A stretch of 61,558 nt of DNA, counting the filler, from Porpidia crustulata (taxonomy: Eukaryota), in assembly GCA_964255105.1 (NCBI GenBank). It is 6 parts of 6 records of this genome, joined end to end, with 100 filler letters (N's around TTAATTAATTAA, not from the genome) between each part and the next. Parts side by side here need not be neighbours in the genome. Positions count along the whole stretch, not along the records: positions 1 to 10,192 come from CAXUWE010000817.1; positions 10,293 to 20,478 come from CAXUWE010000818.1; 4 more parts are not named here. One strand, written 5' to 3'. Below the pieces are notes generated by a model that saw only the letters and a program-made list of their open reading frames with translations, was not told where the DNA came from and did not search any database. Positions 1 through 13,878 of the stretch are shown piece after piece. A program made the translations under genes and the position numbers. Position 1 is the first letter of the stretch. Each line of letters starts with the position of its first letter.

Positions 1-1078
1 GGTTGATACCGTTGGGAAGGAATCGCTGGTCGTCGATTGCGGAGGTATCGAAGTCGTCCATGATGGGGGGATCGGGTATTAAATTGCATCTCTCGATTAT
101 GGATGCAACCGCTTTCTCCAGGTTCAATGTGTAGAAATGGAAACCTCTAGGACTCTTGGCCTTCACGTCCCTGATACCTTCGATGATCTCGCTGAGGACA
201 TCTACGCCTACGCTCTTGACCGCTTCATCATCCCCTTTGACCGGTTCTAACCGTTCCAATAATTCAGGAGGTAGCTTTGCGTGACTGAGTTTTGTCGTCC
301 TCTTCAGGATAGAGTAGCTCTGTATAGGCATTAATCCAGGAATGATAGGGATATCCGCGAAAACGCCTGACTCGTGCTCCCTCAGCATCTTTTCGTACTT
401 CGTGTAGGCACCCAAATCGAAAAATAGCTGTGTCATTATGAAATCTGCTCCCGCCTTCGTCTTCTCTATCAAATATGGCAGATCGTGTTCTGGACTCTGC
501 TCCGTTGGGTATGACTCGTCCGCATGTCCTTCCGGATACCCAGCGACCCCAATGCAGAAATAATCTCCGTGTACGCGCCGTATATACCTGACAAGATCAA
601 TTGCCCAGGTGAAATCAGCATTGCTGTCCTCTTCCCCATTTCCATGTACACTCTCAAGCCCGTATTCCTCTTCCCTAGGTGGGTCACCTCTCAATGCCAA
701 TATGTTCCTCACACCAAGTATCTTTGCCTCTTCCAAGGCTTCATCAACTATATCACGCTTCATGTTTGTGCATGTCAGATGCAGACATGTCGTAAGACCT
801 AGCTGTCGCTGACATAGCTCTGCTAATTCGAGAGATCTCGAAGCGGTGCAGCCGCCGGCGCCCCAGGTCACATTTACGAAGAGTGGTCGCAGAGCATTGG
901 ACATGCGCGCCAGACGGGCTTGGAGGTTTGAGAAACCCTACGATGCGTCAGTAAATTGAGCAAGCTAAAGGAGAGGAATTGGAGGAGAGACTATTTGAGT
1001 CTTGGGAGGGAAAAATTCCAGTGAGAAGTAGTTGGCGTCATGAGGAAGAGCAGCTATCTTGTCGGTGATTTTTTCCAT
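1..1078 (-). CDS. MET12: Methylenetetrahydrofolate reductase (Met12-type), 3' part runs off the window/contig edge
   Basis: Manual translation from ATG at 1078: MEKITDKIAALPHDANYFSLEFFPPKTQ, intron ~938-991 (CTGAC branch, TAG acceptor), then GFSNLQARLARMSNALRPLFVNVTWGAGG and later KTKAGADFIMTQLFFD. These are hallmark MTHFR motifs (EFFPPK, VTWGAGG, GADFIxTQLFFD). Met12 versus Met13 is judged from the N-terminus only. Confidence 0.9.
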
Positions 1079-1512
1079 CGTAGCTGAAGTGAAACTTGAA
1101 GTTGTATGACAATGGGAGCTTATGATATTGAGCTCGATAGTTAAGCTTGGGGACTTTATTGGTGAAAATGAAACTCAGAGTTTATAACAGTGACACCAGG
1201 TATATTTTGCCATTTGTTGCATACATTTCTCAGGCCTCATTGGATAAAAAACTTTAGTATTTGATACACAATCGATTCATAGAGCTTGATAGGCATTGTA
1301 GGTTTTCTTAACTTTGCCTATTAATTTTATGAGTGGCATGGTGGCGAGGTTGTCTATTTAAGGTAATCGTCTAATATCTAAGACTTAAGGAAAATAGAAA
1401 ATAGTAATCCTCAAGTCTATCCTTTGCCAGCGTGCCAGCTTGTTCCTCCCAGTCCGTGGACACTCCGATCAAACACAAGTCAGTTCTCAAGCGTAAGAGG
1501 ATACCAACCAGC

Positions 1513-3033
1513 TTATACTATCTTTGTGGCAAATCCAAGTTCCTGTAGCTCACCAGCATCAGCAGCTGAGCCTGGAAGTAAAGCCTCTGCAAGCTTTCCA
1601 TTTCCATCGTCTAGGGATCGATACGGCCGCGGATTACGTTTTTGTTCCCCCTTGCTCTCTGTTTTATACTGATAGCCTCTGACCCTGTGAAGTGTAAGCA
1701 AAACCATTTGGAGGTTACGGATTCCAAACCCTTTACCTTGGACCTTGCCCAGTTCTTGCGGGTAGCTCCTCCTCATAAGTATGGGCAAATCGGGTTCTCT
1801 CTTTGGTGAATGATCCATCGGCTATACAGCGGCGCACTCCGGCAAAAAACTTGTCTATAATGTGATGATTGTGCAACTGTAAAAGAACCCAGCCAAGCAT
1901 TTCTTTCGCACTTAGAAGATGCTGCAGATACGCTCGGTGATGGTTCTTACAAGTATAGCAGGCGCAATCTAGTCCCAACGGTTGTAATTCCGTAGCAAAT
2001 GCATCTGACCACATATCGATTCCTAGTGGTATCGGCGTTCGATTTGTATCCTGTTGCTCAGCTGGGAACGAAAAATTGAGAGCGATGCCGGCGTCTGTAG
2101 CTGCACCAATGAAAGGTATCACGAAAACATCTATACCAAGAGACACGTCATGCAGCAGCTTGTGCGGACTATTTGGTTCTGCAAGAGACAGTCGCGGTAA
2201 CTGGCGCAACTCATCTGGTATGGCATCGAGGGAGCTAACGTCGTATACAGCCAGTCCTGATATGTTTTCTCGAAGCTCCTCCGTGAGCGCGTTCAGATAA
2301 TGGTTCTGTTGCCCTGCATCGATAGGTAGAATGGGCGCAAAAAGACTAACCTCTGCTGGCTTGGTACCCCCGGACGTGATTTCAGATACGAGCTCCTCAA
2401 TCCAAGCAAGCGTCCTATCGCCCATGATTTCTAGCCGCTTCACCCCCGGTTTCTTACCAAACATTATATCGCCTACTCCTATGACAATATCAGGTCGCAG
2501 CTTCTGTACAGCCTCTGCATAGTCTTCTGACTCAAGCATGCCGAATCCGACAGCAGTCAAAATCGAGATGGCGGTATGCGTGTTAGGGACTGAATTGGCC
2601 AATGGAGGCACCCGACGTGGACTAAGAATGAGTAGCGCATCTTGTTGAAGAGCTATAAAGCTTCGCAGCGGCGATTCGGTATGAGAGGGAAATTGTAATA
2701 CTGGAGGCACTTGTTTAGGGGCTTTCTCTATGACTTGCTAGCTCCCATCAGCACCCCTTCCTTTTTCAGAGTAAAATGACTCATGCAGCGATACTGACAG
2801 TCCTCAAATGCAACATATACGCCTCGTATAGCAGTATTTTCTCTCATCATATCCTGGGTGATGTGTGGTACTATGCCGCGAGAGCTCAGTGCAACATAAT
2901 GAGGTGTGTGTATGGTTGTTCGGCCTTGGGTCATGAGTGATCCAGTCCTGTACTCGCTATCGGAAGCTTCATGCGCATGCAGTTCAAAGACCATTGATTT
3001 CCCAGGTGATTTTTCGGGAAGTTGAGCAGCCAT
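1513..3033 (-). CDS. QTRT2: Queuine tRNA-ribosyltransferase accessory subunit (QTRT2/QTRTD1-like), 3 exons
   Basis: ORFs 2728-3033, 1733-2710 and the tail of 1513-1818 are joined by GT-AG introns. Motifs: TPHYVALSSRGIVPHITQD; Zn site CACYTCKNHHRAYLQHLL...LLQLHN; C-terminal GQGPR|VRGYQYK typical of the fungal accessory subunit. Confidence 0.88.
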
Positions 3034-4868
3034 AGCTCGATCGATCCATTTGCAGTCAATCAGTGCATTCGATCAAGGTCTAGCCTCCGCAACGCACTGC
3101 TAAACATGGGGCTCAATTAATGTCTTCGGTCACATCTCCGTCTAGAATTGAGGAAAGAATGATTATAATGCGTAGGCTATTCAAGATCTTTAATGGACGC
3201 ATGGAGTACTCTCATTGTTGATGCTAGTCGGGTGAACCGAACTAATCCCGAAACAGACTGAACTAGCATGCTCCTCATCTGCCGAAAGAAATCCCACACA
3301 AAAACTCCGTATTGTCCATAAGTAGAATTGGAATCGATAGATATCCAAATATTGAAGAGTCTACATTTCTGCTTTTGAGCACTCAATAGTTTAAGCTGTA
3401 CAACAGGTTTAGTTGCTTTGCTTGAGATCTCGTATGATCTTGACATTGCTATCGTTCTTTAGTACATTTGGATGAAACCCAATCGCTACATCCAACATTG
3501 CTTACCCCAGCAGGGCTCAAATTAGGCACAAAAAGTAGAACTTAAGGGAAGTGGTCTTTTGAGAAATGGGTAAACCTACAAGCCACAGAAAAAAAGGCTT
3601 CCTGGCCCTGTAGAACCTGCGATGAAGTCAGAATCAGCCAAGATTCTAGGTTGCACCAGGGCCAGGGACAGTCATCCAGCCGTATGCAGAAGACAATATG
3701 GAGACGATGGAGAAGGCTACTTACCGATAGTACATGACTTGTGAAGTGCCACACGTAGGCTGCTGATATGGCTGATACATGACTCCGTGGCCATCACCAT
3801 CACCTTTCGATTTCGACACCTTTGACGGCGGATCACTCCAAATTTGGGTCGCTCTCTCTTATCCGTCTATCTATCAATAGTCTTGATGTTGACAATATTG
3901 ATGAACATAGCGAAGAGAACGTCGCGAATGAGGCCGCCTACGATTTACTGAGGGCTGGCTGATGATGCTGACGATTTCAAAGATAACTAGCGATATCTTC
4001 CTTTACATGATGATATTTCAATTTATACTGATCGAGTTCTTGCTCGTGTGTCTACCAATCTATGGGGATCAAACCATAAATTTGATTTCGATTTCGAAGG
4101 CGTAGTCTCATACTTCGTTTTGGTCTCCTTTGGTGTGTAGTCCCCACTGACTATGTGCTACATCAGAGTATGGTTCAATTTCACTTGGCGGTAATGATTC
4201 AATATGCGCCGATACGTTTGTGTCTTTGTGCAAACATTCTCGTAGCAAGCAATCACTTCACATCCTGTAGTCAAACGCATGCGTCAATGCGAGGACTCCG
4301 ATTGTTTGTCATATAATGGTCCATGGTCTACTGCTTCGAAGCTCTATGGTTCGATCTGTCGGACGAATTGTCGACAATCAACTCTGATACGAGCTGCAGT
4401 CCTAGACATAGACCAAGGCTGTTCTTCTAGTGGCCGTTGCAACTATTTCAGACGTACGAGCGTGAAGAAGGGCTGGCTAAAGTCACAATCCTCAGGCGAG
4501 CGAAGTCGACATTTATTCAAACTCCACTCAATTTATCAGTGAGTGATTTGGTCGTTTCACTTTTTAGTATCACCGCTCCTCTCCAAACGTTTCTATAAAT
4601 CTGAGGCCATCGCCATAGATAAATATCCAAGCTCTGAAATCTCTTACTCAGAATCCTCTCAAGGTCGAAAACAACTTCTCAATAGCCATGTGTTGGCCCC
4701 TGTCTATCATTACAACTTGCGTTCAGAGGAGCAAAACTGTAGTCAACTAGCCTAGTCCCCCACCACCTTCACCTACATGTTAGTGTTCATATCATCTTTC
4801 TTTCCATGTATATCGGGTTTGTCAAAAACAATGTCACGGGGCTTGTCGTACCGGAACGCTGATCCGAC

Positions 4869-6275
4869 ATGCCAGTTCGTATTCATATCCTTTGTGTTAT
4901 TGCGTCGGTACTGCATTCTACCTACAACCTCTACGATCTAATCAAGGGCATTCAAGACCCTCCACAAGAGATCAAAGATGTATCAGCCCACTGCAAAGCT
5001 ATCTGTCATATACTACACGTACTCAGACGGTTTTTTGCGGAGAAACGAGATCCTGAGCTTCTCATCGAGATCGTTGACAGCTTATATGTTCCTCTAGAAA
5101 AGATCATTCAAATAGTAGAGGAAATGATCAAAAACATTAAGCCTATGGTTCCGAAGAAAGGCGAACTAAAAAAATCTTAATATGGTTCAAGAAATGGTCG
5201 TATTTCCGTAAGTGCGTAGAACAGCTGGGGCTTCAGCTAAGCGAATGCAAATCAGCTCTGACTGTGACGTTAGCAGTTGTCTATATGTGAGTTCATTCGT
5301 GTTGCCTTGCCCCGGCTCAGTCTGGGCCATCCATGTTCACCGTGAGGGAGCTGGCCAGTAATCGGAGGCAGGACACTCCCTATTGATCTTCACACCAGTT
5401 GGATTGCTCATTACTTGAAGAAATTAGACCTGGATCTAAGACCGGGACACAAAGCTCTTCAAACCCTCGCTGTGGCGAAATATACCAAGTCTCAGAACCT
5501 TGATCCAGGGGTCAACGACGCCTCCGGTATTGGTAATTGATCTCCCGTAATCGTAGTGACCGCTACGAATCGCCGCCATTGTTTTCCAGGGGCTTCAGCA
5601 ACAGCTCTCAGGTGACCGTCCTAAGATTTACAAGAAGATCAATAATCGAGCCTCGGCACTACGCTAGCATCGACAGCATGCGGAGACTCTGAGATCCAAG
5701 ATGTACTTACCAAAGAGGATGCTCATACGTTCACGAATGAGATTGAACAGACAGCGTTCTGTCTTACGGGGCGGCTACATAATACTAAAAATTCTAGAAT
5801 ATGGCTTCGACGTCAACATCCGTCGTCTCGGTAGGAGAAATCCACTCATTTGTGCAGTCAATGGCGGGAACATTGAGACTGCCATGTTGCCACTCAAAAG
5901 CCATGCTGATATCAAGGCCGTGGATGAGAGGCAAGGAACGTGTCTCCATCTAGCAGCAACAAAGGATGATTCTAGCTCAATGACCTCGCTACCTCATAAG
6001 CATAACCCAGATATAGATGTGATGGATAATATAGGGATGGCGCGAAACATCAAGCAAGTCAGTCCGGTGGCTTCACCGCTCTATACTCTTCTATGGTGGA
6101 CGTCGATCGCGCTCTCATGGGGGGCAACATGCATGTTCTGGATGAGAATGGTAGGACGCCGCTGGAGCGCGCGCACGACGCGGGGTATGTGGACGTTATG
6201 AGGTTGCTGAAGAGAGAGAATTAATGGAGACGGAGGGATGGAAAACATTGAAGTGAAAGGTAGGAAGCCCACTTG
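4869..6275 (+). pseudogene. Decayed gene: fungal STAND-type N-terminal helical domain plus ankyrin repeats
   Basis: ORF 4869-5180 (LYDLIKGIQDPPQEIKDVS...) resembles fungal N-terminal/HeLo-like domains and ends at a premature TAA. A GTGAGT donor lies at ~5287. ORF 5701-6201 has ankyrin-like units (GFDVN..NPLICAVNGGN; ADIKAVD..GTCLHLAA). Stops and frame breaks lie between the two parts. Confidence 0.55.
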
Positions 6276-8813
6276 AGATAATAGGTAGGTATAAGTTTCG
6301 GTTGTGCGAATATTTGAAATCTATCTTGGATCTGACTAGATCTTCTCTCTGGCATGCTGGAGTGCATGTTTTTGTTGTATCAAGTGAATTAGCAACTGTG
6401 TTCTCCTAGGTTTTCTCATTCACTGCGAGCCTCAGCCAGATATGATCTTCAACAATTGTGGTGCCTTGCACCCAGTCTTCCTTGATCATAAGGTTGAGCT
6501 GCCCACTACCTACCATCACAGTAGCCTCCATAGGCTATTATGAACATCTTGAGATGTAAAATCTCCAATAGGACCCAAGTATCGACTATTAGATTAGTTG
6601 GAAAAGGGGCACCATACTTTACTCAGCTTGTGTTACGCTCGGAATACCCCTAAGCGCGCTTGTGGGCCCAGGATTATAGCCTTATGATAAGGAGCAAGTC
6701 GAAAGTCACAAACCTTTCCACATCGCCACAAGACCTTTACCTTCACGCCGCAACCTTTCAACCAGACGCTGGCTGTAGTGCCGGTATCGTCTCCACCCTC
6801 GCCAGTAGTTACCCAGCTTCTGGGAGCCTCTGGGGGCTTCTGCTGCACAGGGATCTTTCAAAAGCGCTATCATTGCTCTTGTACTAGAGATTACTCCGGG
6901 GCGGGGGAACTGGACGCAGGCAGCGGCAACAACAAGCGCTTCTACTAAAACGAGCATCTGGGTATAGCTCGGAATTTGCCCCTTCGACGATATAGGGAGG
7001 CTCGAATCTCTTTAAGTGCCATTTGCAAGCTACTTCTGTGCGTCGGATTTGCGACAATATCTTGCTTTCTCATGCAGTGCCTGACCTTGTTGACAATTTG
7101 TTCCGATGAACGATTGAAGTAAAGCACTCGCACGCCGATAGATCCTACCTTCAAGTGTGAAGACGCAAGAAAAAGTCCCGAAACATCAGCCAATGACCAT
7201 CGAATCATGAGGAAGGCTTTGCCTGCCAATATCTGGTGTCTGCGAGGCAGCGATAAGCTACCATCAAAGTCTTCATTGGACAATGCCTGGACAGCTAGCG
7301 CTTGATCCATAGTGCTTGAGTCAGAGACGAGGGTTGGACGGTGGCGGGTCAGCCGATACACCCAGAAGAAGCTTCTGCCTACTGGCCGACCTTTGCATTA
7401 ACAATATCGTAGGAAAAATCTTGTTTGACACCATAGTGATAGGATTAGACTAATTACCTTACAGAATCCTCAAAAGCTACGATGAGCATGGTAAGCAGAC
7501 CAAGTATGATGGGCTTTCGTACGCTGCATAATGAGAACAAAGAACTCGAGACTCACATAATCCCTCTAGTTGAACCAAAAGCACTATAGAGACAGTTGGC
7601 GTGTGTAGGTCTGACTGACGAAGCAAGAAGTACTTCTGATTCTCGAAATCTGGCTGTGTCTCTGTACCAGGATGCCATCAAAGGTTTAACAATTTGAATA
7701 AGGAACTTAGATCCAACAAACAGGCTCGGTGGTCGAGTGGGAATGTGTCCAAGCCTGCCTTCTCAATCGAGGACTCAGGTTGAGCAAGCGAGCTTTCAAT
7801 ACGCAGGTAAAGTATGTATTGCTCTCTCCTTGCTTTATCATCACAGTCGTTATATTTGTTCGAGGATGACAAACGGCTGAAGCTGCAAGCTGAAGGTAAC
7901 AGAAAGGGAATTCCCTTTCCTCTTATAATCCTCGGTGAATTCAAAAAAAAAAACCTTACTCCAGCGAAGGGCTATAACCCATGTGATGTAAACCCAACCA
8001 AGACAGGGAATTATCGCAAAAAACCATGTCTGACAGAGCTAAATGATCCAAAAACGTTACCAAACTTCGTTACCGCACATCGGCTGACCCAGTTCGAGCA
8101 GGTTGTTCTCCATCTCTTTTTTTCGCAATTTGACCCTGTATAGTTGTGATCGAAAAACATGATTCTACTTTTTACCTCTTTACCATGGTAGCCTGATCAT
8201 AGCACTTTGATGGTACATTTCATTGCGATTTTGAATAGTTGAGAACAATTTATCACATACTACATCACTGTTCCTCTCACAAGGCGCTCCCGACTCCATG
8301 GTCTCGATAATCAAAGACAAGAATGTTACTCATGTACGTTGTTCCTTTACGGAGAGAGTTTGAGGTATAAGAAAATAGCGCATTAATGGATGACTACGTA
8401 CCGTGGTAACAACTGCCTCTGCTTCCGAAATTTTGAATTTCCTATACTTTAGCGATAGCTGAATCTAGGAGTAGATGCAGGAAGGGTAGAGATAATTGGC
8501 ACCTGAGCCATGGAGATTAAAGAGGAACAAGGCTTGGAAGACAAGAAAGAAAAGAAAGGCTAGGAGGAAAATTCCGCTCTAAAACAAAGGTAGAAAGTTG
8601 CTTCCAAGAATTCATTTGTAGAAGTTAAAATTGGCGCGATAATCCTGCCGTCGCTAGGTACTGACACCACCGCTAACGAGATGGGTAGTCTTCAGTACGA
8701 TTTAAAGAGGTTAGAATGGACTAGTAGCTCTTGCTTGAAAGTAAATCTATTAGGAATAATAACAATAGCAAGCTACTGACAGATTACGATATTTACGACG
8801 ACTCACTACATAC

Positions 8814-9753
8814 TCACCTAATCTCCCCATTCATCCACATGACTTTTCCTTGCTTACCACTGTCGACATTGAGGACTTGACCTGTGACACGACCGCTCCA
8901 AGCTTCACTAGCTAGGTAGATGATACTTCTCGCCACGGCGCTTGTCGGCACTGGTTTCCCAAGTGCCGTTCTGGACAGTATCAGTATTGATACAAGAGCA
9001 GGGTACATGAACATACGTGGCTTGAGAATCGAGCCAGAATTGTTCCGGGTTTTCGGCACATTCCTTCCGGAATTGAGGAGTATCGACTGGGCCAGGGGCG
9101 ATGGCGTTCACCCTCAAGATGGAACATCAGAACCAAGCGGAACAAACACTGAACAGGGCCAATCACCTAGCACCCGGATGAATCCTCGCAACATCCCCGC
9201 GAAGACTCTGCACCAAGCCGATTTGTACAGCGCTCTTCCCGCTCGCATAGTCCGGGTTCGACCGTTCGCCAAACCATCCACTCTCGCTGCCCACAATCAC
9301 AAGACTCACATTCCCCAGATCAGGCTGCGCGTGCGCCTTGATCTGACGCAGCCACGTCCGAGCCGTCAGAAACGTCCCTTCCACATTCACCTGGAAGGTA
9401 CGGCGCCACTGCTCGACGGACATGTCGACAAGGGATTCATGGTGAGGCAGAACGCTAAGATCCAGGCTGGCGAGCGCGACGCAGCACTGCACCACGCCGA
9501 ATTTCTGCCGGGCATCCTCGAAAGCCTGCTCAAGCACCGCTTCCGAGCTGATGTCGACCACGTCTACGCGAAGGTTCTTGAGCAGCGCTTCGGGCAAGTA
9601 CTCCCCAAGCTCCTTCAGTTTTCTCTCATTGATATCCAACGCCGTGACCTTCGCGCCGGCGGTCAGAAACGCTTCGACAGTAGCGGATCCGATGAAGCCG
9701 GCGGAGCCGGTGACGGCGACGTGTGTACCCTCCAAGCCGAGTCCTAGGTCCAT
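8814..9753 (-). CDS. Short-chain dehydrogenase/reductase (classical SDR), 3 exons
   Basis: VTGSAGFIG Rossmann motif, catalytic YASGK, VNAIAPGPVDT and VTGQVLNVDSG; two GT-AG introns at ~9116-9166 and ~8971-9016. Confidence 0.92.
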
Positions 9754-10192
9754 GATAGTCGCTGTCGAGGAATTGTCGATAGCAGTTATGTTGTGATTGA
9801 TAAGGTATCTCAGACTTCACTACCATGTGAATTCTATACGCTAGTTACACATAGAATAGGTACCAAGGGCGAATCAATGATTGAGAAAATCTACCATTCT
9901 ATATAGCTAGAAAGGATAACTACACCAAGAGCTTCAAGTCTTCAGGACAACATGTAGATCTGCTAAATTGATCATAATACTTTTCAGAGAAAATTGAGTT
10001 GCAGCATACACCCAGTTATGCTATAGATATATCCGTCATCCATTGGACCCAGAGCATACAGTCACATGGTATTAGAGTCTAGATCAAGCGCCAGCATGCA
10101 GCCCTGGCGCTTGGCGCGACTGCCTTTCCGGTACTCGAAAACTTAAACATCAAATTATATGACCACTTCTTTTATGCAAACACTCCCATCCA

Positions 10193-10292
10193 NNNNNNNN
10201 NNNNNNNNNNNNNNNNNNNNNNNNNNNNNNNNNNNNTTAATTAATTAANNNNNNNNNNNNNNNNNNNNNNNNNNNNNNNNNNNNNNNNNNNN
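10193..10292. other. Artificial contig spacer (44 N + TTAATTAATTAA + 44 N)
   Basis: Identical 100-nt linker with stop codons in all six frames, occurring five times in the window. Confidence 0.98.
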
Positions 10293-13200
10293 CTTCCCCT
10301 CTGCACAGCATCTCGACCCCGGATCGCCTCGACATAAGCGCCTATCCCTGCTTCTAGACTTACACAATTACTGCCGCTGCCATTCTTCTCAAGTTCCATG
10401 AGGACGTCATCATCATCGTCATCAATCATGGTGCTGCCCTGACCGAAAATCAATTTCCCGTCTACATTGGTTTTACCAACTTTTCTACTCGGCGCCGATT
10501 TGATGATCACGGGTTTGCGGGAGGATATATTTCCCATCGAGGAGCGAGAGAGGAGATCTAGTGGCTCTTCCGCGTCTTCAACAATATAGCTTTTTGATGG
10601 GCCATTGTTGATGTCGCTACCGGCAGAGACGGAAGAAGCGTCCGAGTCGCTACCATAGACGGCTGCGTCGTATTCGCTTTCGAAGTGGGATTTCCGTCGT
10701 TGAGACTGCCCCTTGTCTTCATCGTCATCACCACCGGCGTCCTTCTTCCTTTTGCGGCGCTCGCGGGCCTTACGAATGTTGGATAGGAATTTCTTATCAC
10801 CTTCGGGACAGTGTTTGTCTACAGCATCACTGCCGAAGCGGCGAACCATGCGTTCGAATATATGCTTTACCTTTGCGCGGAAATGTGCTTTATGTTCTCG
10901 TGACCAGGACATGAGGCCAGGTACTAGCGTTTCAAGGCGTGGTTTCACGATTGTTTCGGGCAGGCTGATGACGACGACTTTGACGAAGCCAAGAACACTG
11001 CGAACAATTTCGCGATTGGCGGATGTAAGGAAAAGGTCCATCGTTGATACGAGATCTTCGATGACGGACTCGGGGAGCTGGACGCGGAATTCGTAGAGGA
11101 TGCGTGTGAGGGCTGTGATACTTGCTGAGACCATATGGGGGGTTGCGCCAACGAGACCAGCAGAGACCATGGTAAAGAACTCCTCAAGGGAGGCTTCTGC
11201 GTCCGGAGCATCTTCGGGCATGTGTGGGATCTTGGATTGAGCGATTGTGCCACCTTGGTCCATTTTGTGGGCCATGAGGACTAGGAGATCAAAGGCAGCA
11301 GTGCGAGCCTTTTCATTGACTTCTTTTGCAGATATGACAACCTCCGACAGAATCGAAGGGATGAAGTGGAGATCGGAGGGGGGAAGATGTTCGATTACAA
11401 CGGCGATTGCGGCAAGGCGGTCGCGGCGCGACGGTGCTGAGGCGGTGGGAGCGGAGCTAAGGAGGAGATTTTGGAGTTCTAAGTTGCGATCTTTCAGAGC
11501 AAGGGTACCGGTTGGTGAGGTAGCCAGACGAGGGAGTAGTTTATAAGCTTTCTTTTGGAGCTGGGGATCCGAACCTTGCGGTAAAATGAGAGCAGCGGTG
11601 GAAAAGAGGGCTGGGAATGTTGACCTTGGGAGGTAGATGGACAGCGTGATAATCAGGTCCATGAGGGTATGGCTTGTAGGGGGCATCTTGTCCACCGATT
11701 GTTTCTGCTTCTGCTTATCAGCCTGAGTTTGTGATGTAGCTTCTGCCAGAGCGGCCTCAAGCATGGTGGTAACGCGGGTAAAGGTTTCGAGTAACTCCTG
11801 CAATCGTATCAGCAAACGTACGTGCTAATTTCAACAGGTCTCACATACTTTTTCTGGGGTGATGCTAAGATAGGCATTGATGCATTGCAGTATACAGCCT
11901 CTATGATGTGGAAGTGTTTGGCTGTACACATTGAATAGAACAGCCAGCAGATTACCTGCGAAGCTAGCGAGGTGGTCAAGGTTCTCTTTCGCATTTCCTT
12001 TTGACATTCGCGCCCGCAAGAGTAAATCATTCTCAGGTACCTGGAGCGCAAGGATCTCTCGATTCGATTCTACGAGAATTTGGAGAGCTCCGCAAAGATC
12101 CACACGTAGTTCTGTCTGCTTGTAAAGTAAGTTGGCCAGCAATTCGGCAAAGCTTTGATCAAAAGCTTTGATCAGATCACGAGGTAGATTAAAATATCCA
12201 GGTAAAAGCGCCCAAATCTGCTTTATTATCGTTTCGAATATCTTGATCTCCATGGTCTTTTCTGAATCACCGCCGTCAATGACCCTTTGGAACATTACTT
12301 CGCTCAAAGGCACCAATTCTGATCTGAAATGGGCAAGCTTTGCATTGAATACGTGGTCTCTCATGATAGGTAAGAGCCATGCTCTGCCAGACTGTCCTGG
12401 TGGAGGTTTGGCCAGGTTCAAAGGCAGTATCCTAAGCACCGTGTCCGGTCCCATAACTTCGACGGCTTTTCCAAGGACGGCGTCAGCTTCTTTCTTCCCG
12501 TTGAAAGATTCGTTGCCTCTGAGTTCGCCGACTGCACGAACGATATCCTCGGCTAGGGGGTCAGATCTCCACTTTAGTGCCCCTAAGAGAGTAGATAGTA
12601 CGTGGAAGACCTCCATCCAAGCTGCCTGATATTTTACGTTCAGTAAAGCTGCTATCGATTTGGTCACCTTCTCAAGCGTCTTCTCATCGTATATTGACGG
12701 TTCAAGAATAATGTTATCCGGTATACAATTGACTAGGAATGATATCAAACACTCTGAGGCTGATATCCTTATGTTGTGCGAGGACGATGCAAGATATCCG
12801 GAGATCAATTCTATCAGTTCGGGCAGTTTTTGAAAGATGTCCTCTGGCTCTATCTGCGCAGAGACATCATAGCCTCTAGATAGGACGGCAATCCAAGGCG
12901 GTAGCAACTGCGAGTCATTTTGTGACGGGCGTAGCTCCATGATTGCTTCCAATAGTCTTGGGAGTTTTGAGGAGGAGGATTCTTCTGCCATTCCTTTGAA
13001 AATGATTTCGAAAATTTCAAATGCCGCCATTGTGAGATACTCGTTGTTTGATTTCGAGATGTTCATCAGTACCTCGCACAATGGTTCGATCTTCTTGCTC
13101 GGCCAACCGCTCGATGCTGATGCAATGGATTTCACTAACTGCAGAGCATGCATCAGCCCCGGCTGGTGTTGATCCTGCGCATGACCCTTCACTTTCTTCA

Positions 13201-13878
13201 TCTGATTCCCGTTGACAGCCACAGCGTCGCTCAAACGACGGAGTGACATCTCGGCGCACATATCCGCTGCAGGGTGATCTAACGACGGGCTGGGGGGGGG
13301 GCTCTTTAGCACCAGTGCAATTGCATCTTGAGCCCGCTTCCGTACCTTTGGTCTGTGATCGGCGGCAATTGTCAGAAGCCCAGCAATTGCCCCTCGAGGA
13401 CCAGTTTGTGTTTGTGTTAGCGCCCATGCTGGAGCGTCTTGGGAAACCAGTAGCGACTCCAGGCACCCAATCGAGGATCGTAAGAACGGCGCGTCAACGT
13501 CATGGTGAGTGAGGGTAGGCGCTAAGCTTGTGAGAATTTGGGAGAATCTGGATCGAAGGAGAGGAGCTGGGACATGGGGCGTAACTAGGTCGAGAAGATA
13601 CACAACGGAGGTTGCAAGCTCCTTATTCACTATGCCATTCGAAGGAGTGACAGATTGACTAAGAAGTGCCAATAAAGCTGCAAAATATGCTGTTGGTGAG
13701 GATCCGACATTCTGGTCCTTCAAAGTATCTTCGACAGCTGATAGAATAATGGCAGTCTAGAATTTTATTTAGCCGAGTGCACCGAAACACTACATGCATC
13801 AATATGCGACTGATATACCTCGCGTTGGTTCTGCAGTTTTGGCGACCTTATCTTGTCTAATCTCTCGTTCAATGACAT
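10293..13878 (-). CDS. RRP12: Ribosomal RNA-processing protein 12 (HEAT/NUC173), 3' end truncated by gap
   Basis: Exon 1 MSLNERLDKIRSPKLQNQRE starts at 13878, followed by the 630-aa and 524-aa ORFs (PTAYFAALL, DHRPKVRKRAQ, GRAWLLPI, QLQKKAYK, EHKAHFRAKVKHIFERMVRRFG), with an intron at ~11799-11846. Confidence 0.93.

Noticed and set aside
1..3033. MTHFR next to QTRT2 as a folate/queuosine functional cluster
   Set aside because: Eukaryotes salvage queuine and both are ordinary housekeeping genes; there is no evidence beyond adjacency.
6300..8800. Several 70-140 aa ORFs and coding-like stretches
   Set aside because: No recognisable motif or consistent exon structure; possibly gene relics, but not supportable.
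10237..10248. Perfect palindrome TTAATTAATTAA recurring every ~10.3 kb
   Set aside because: Always centred in 88 Ns; it is a synthetic six-frame-stop linker, not a biological periodic signal.
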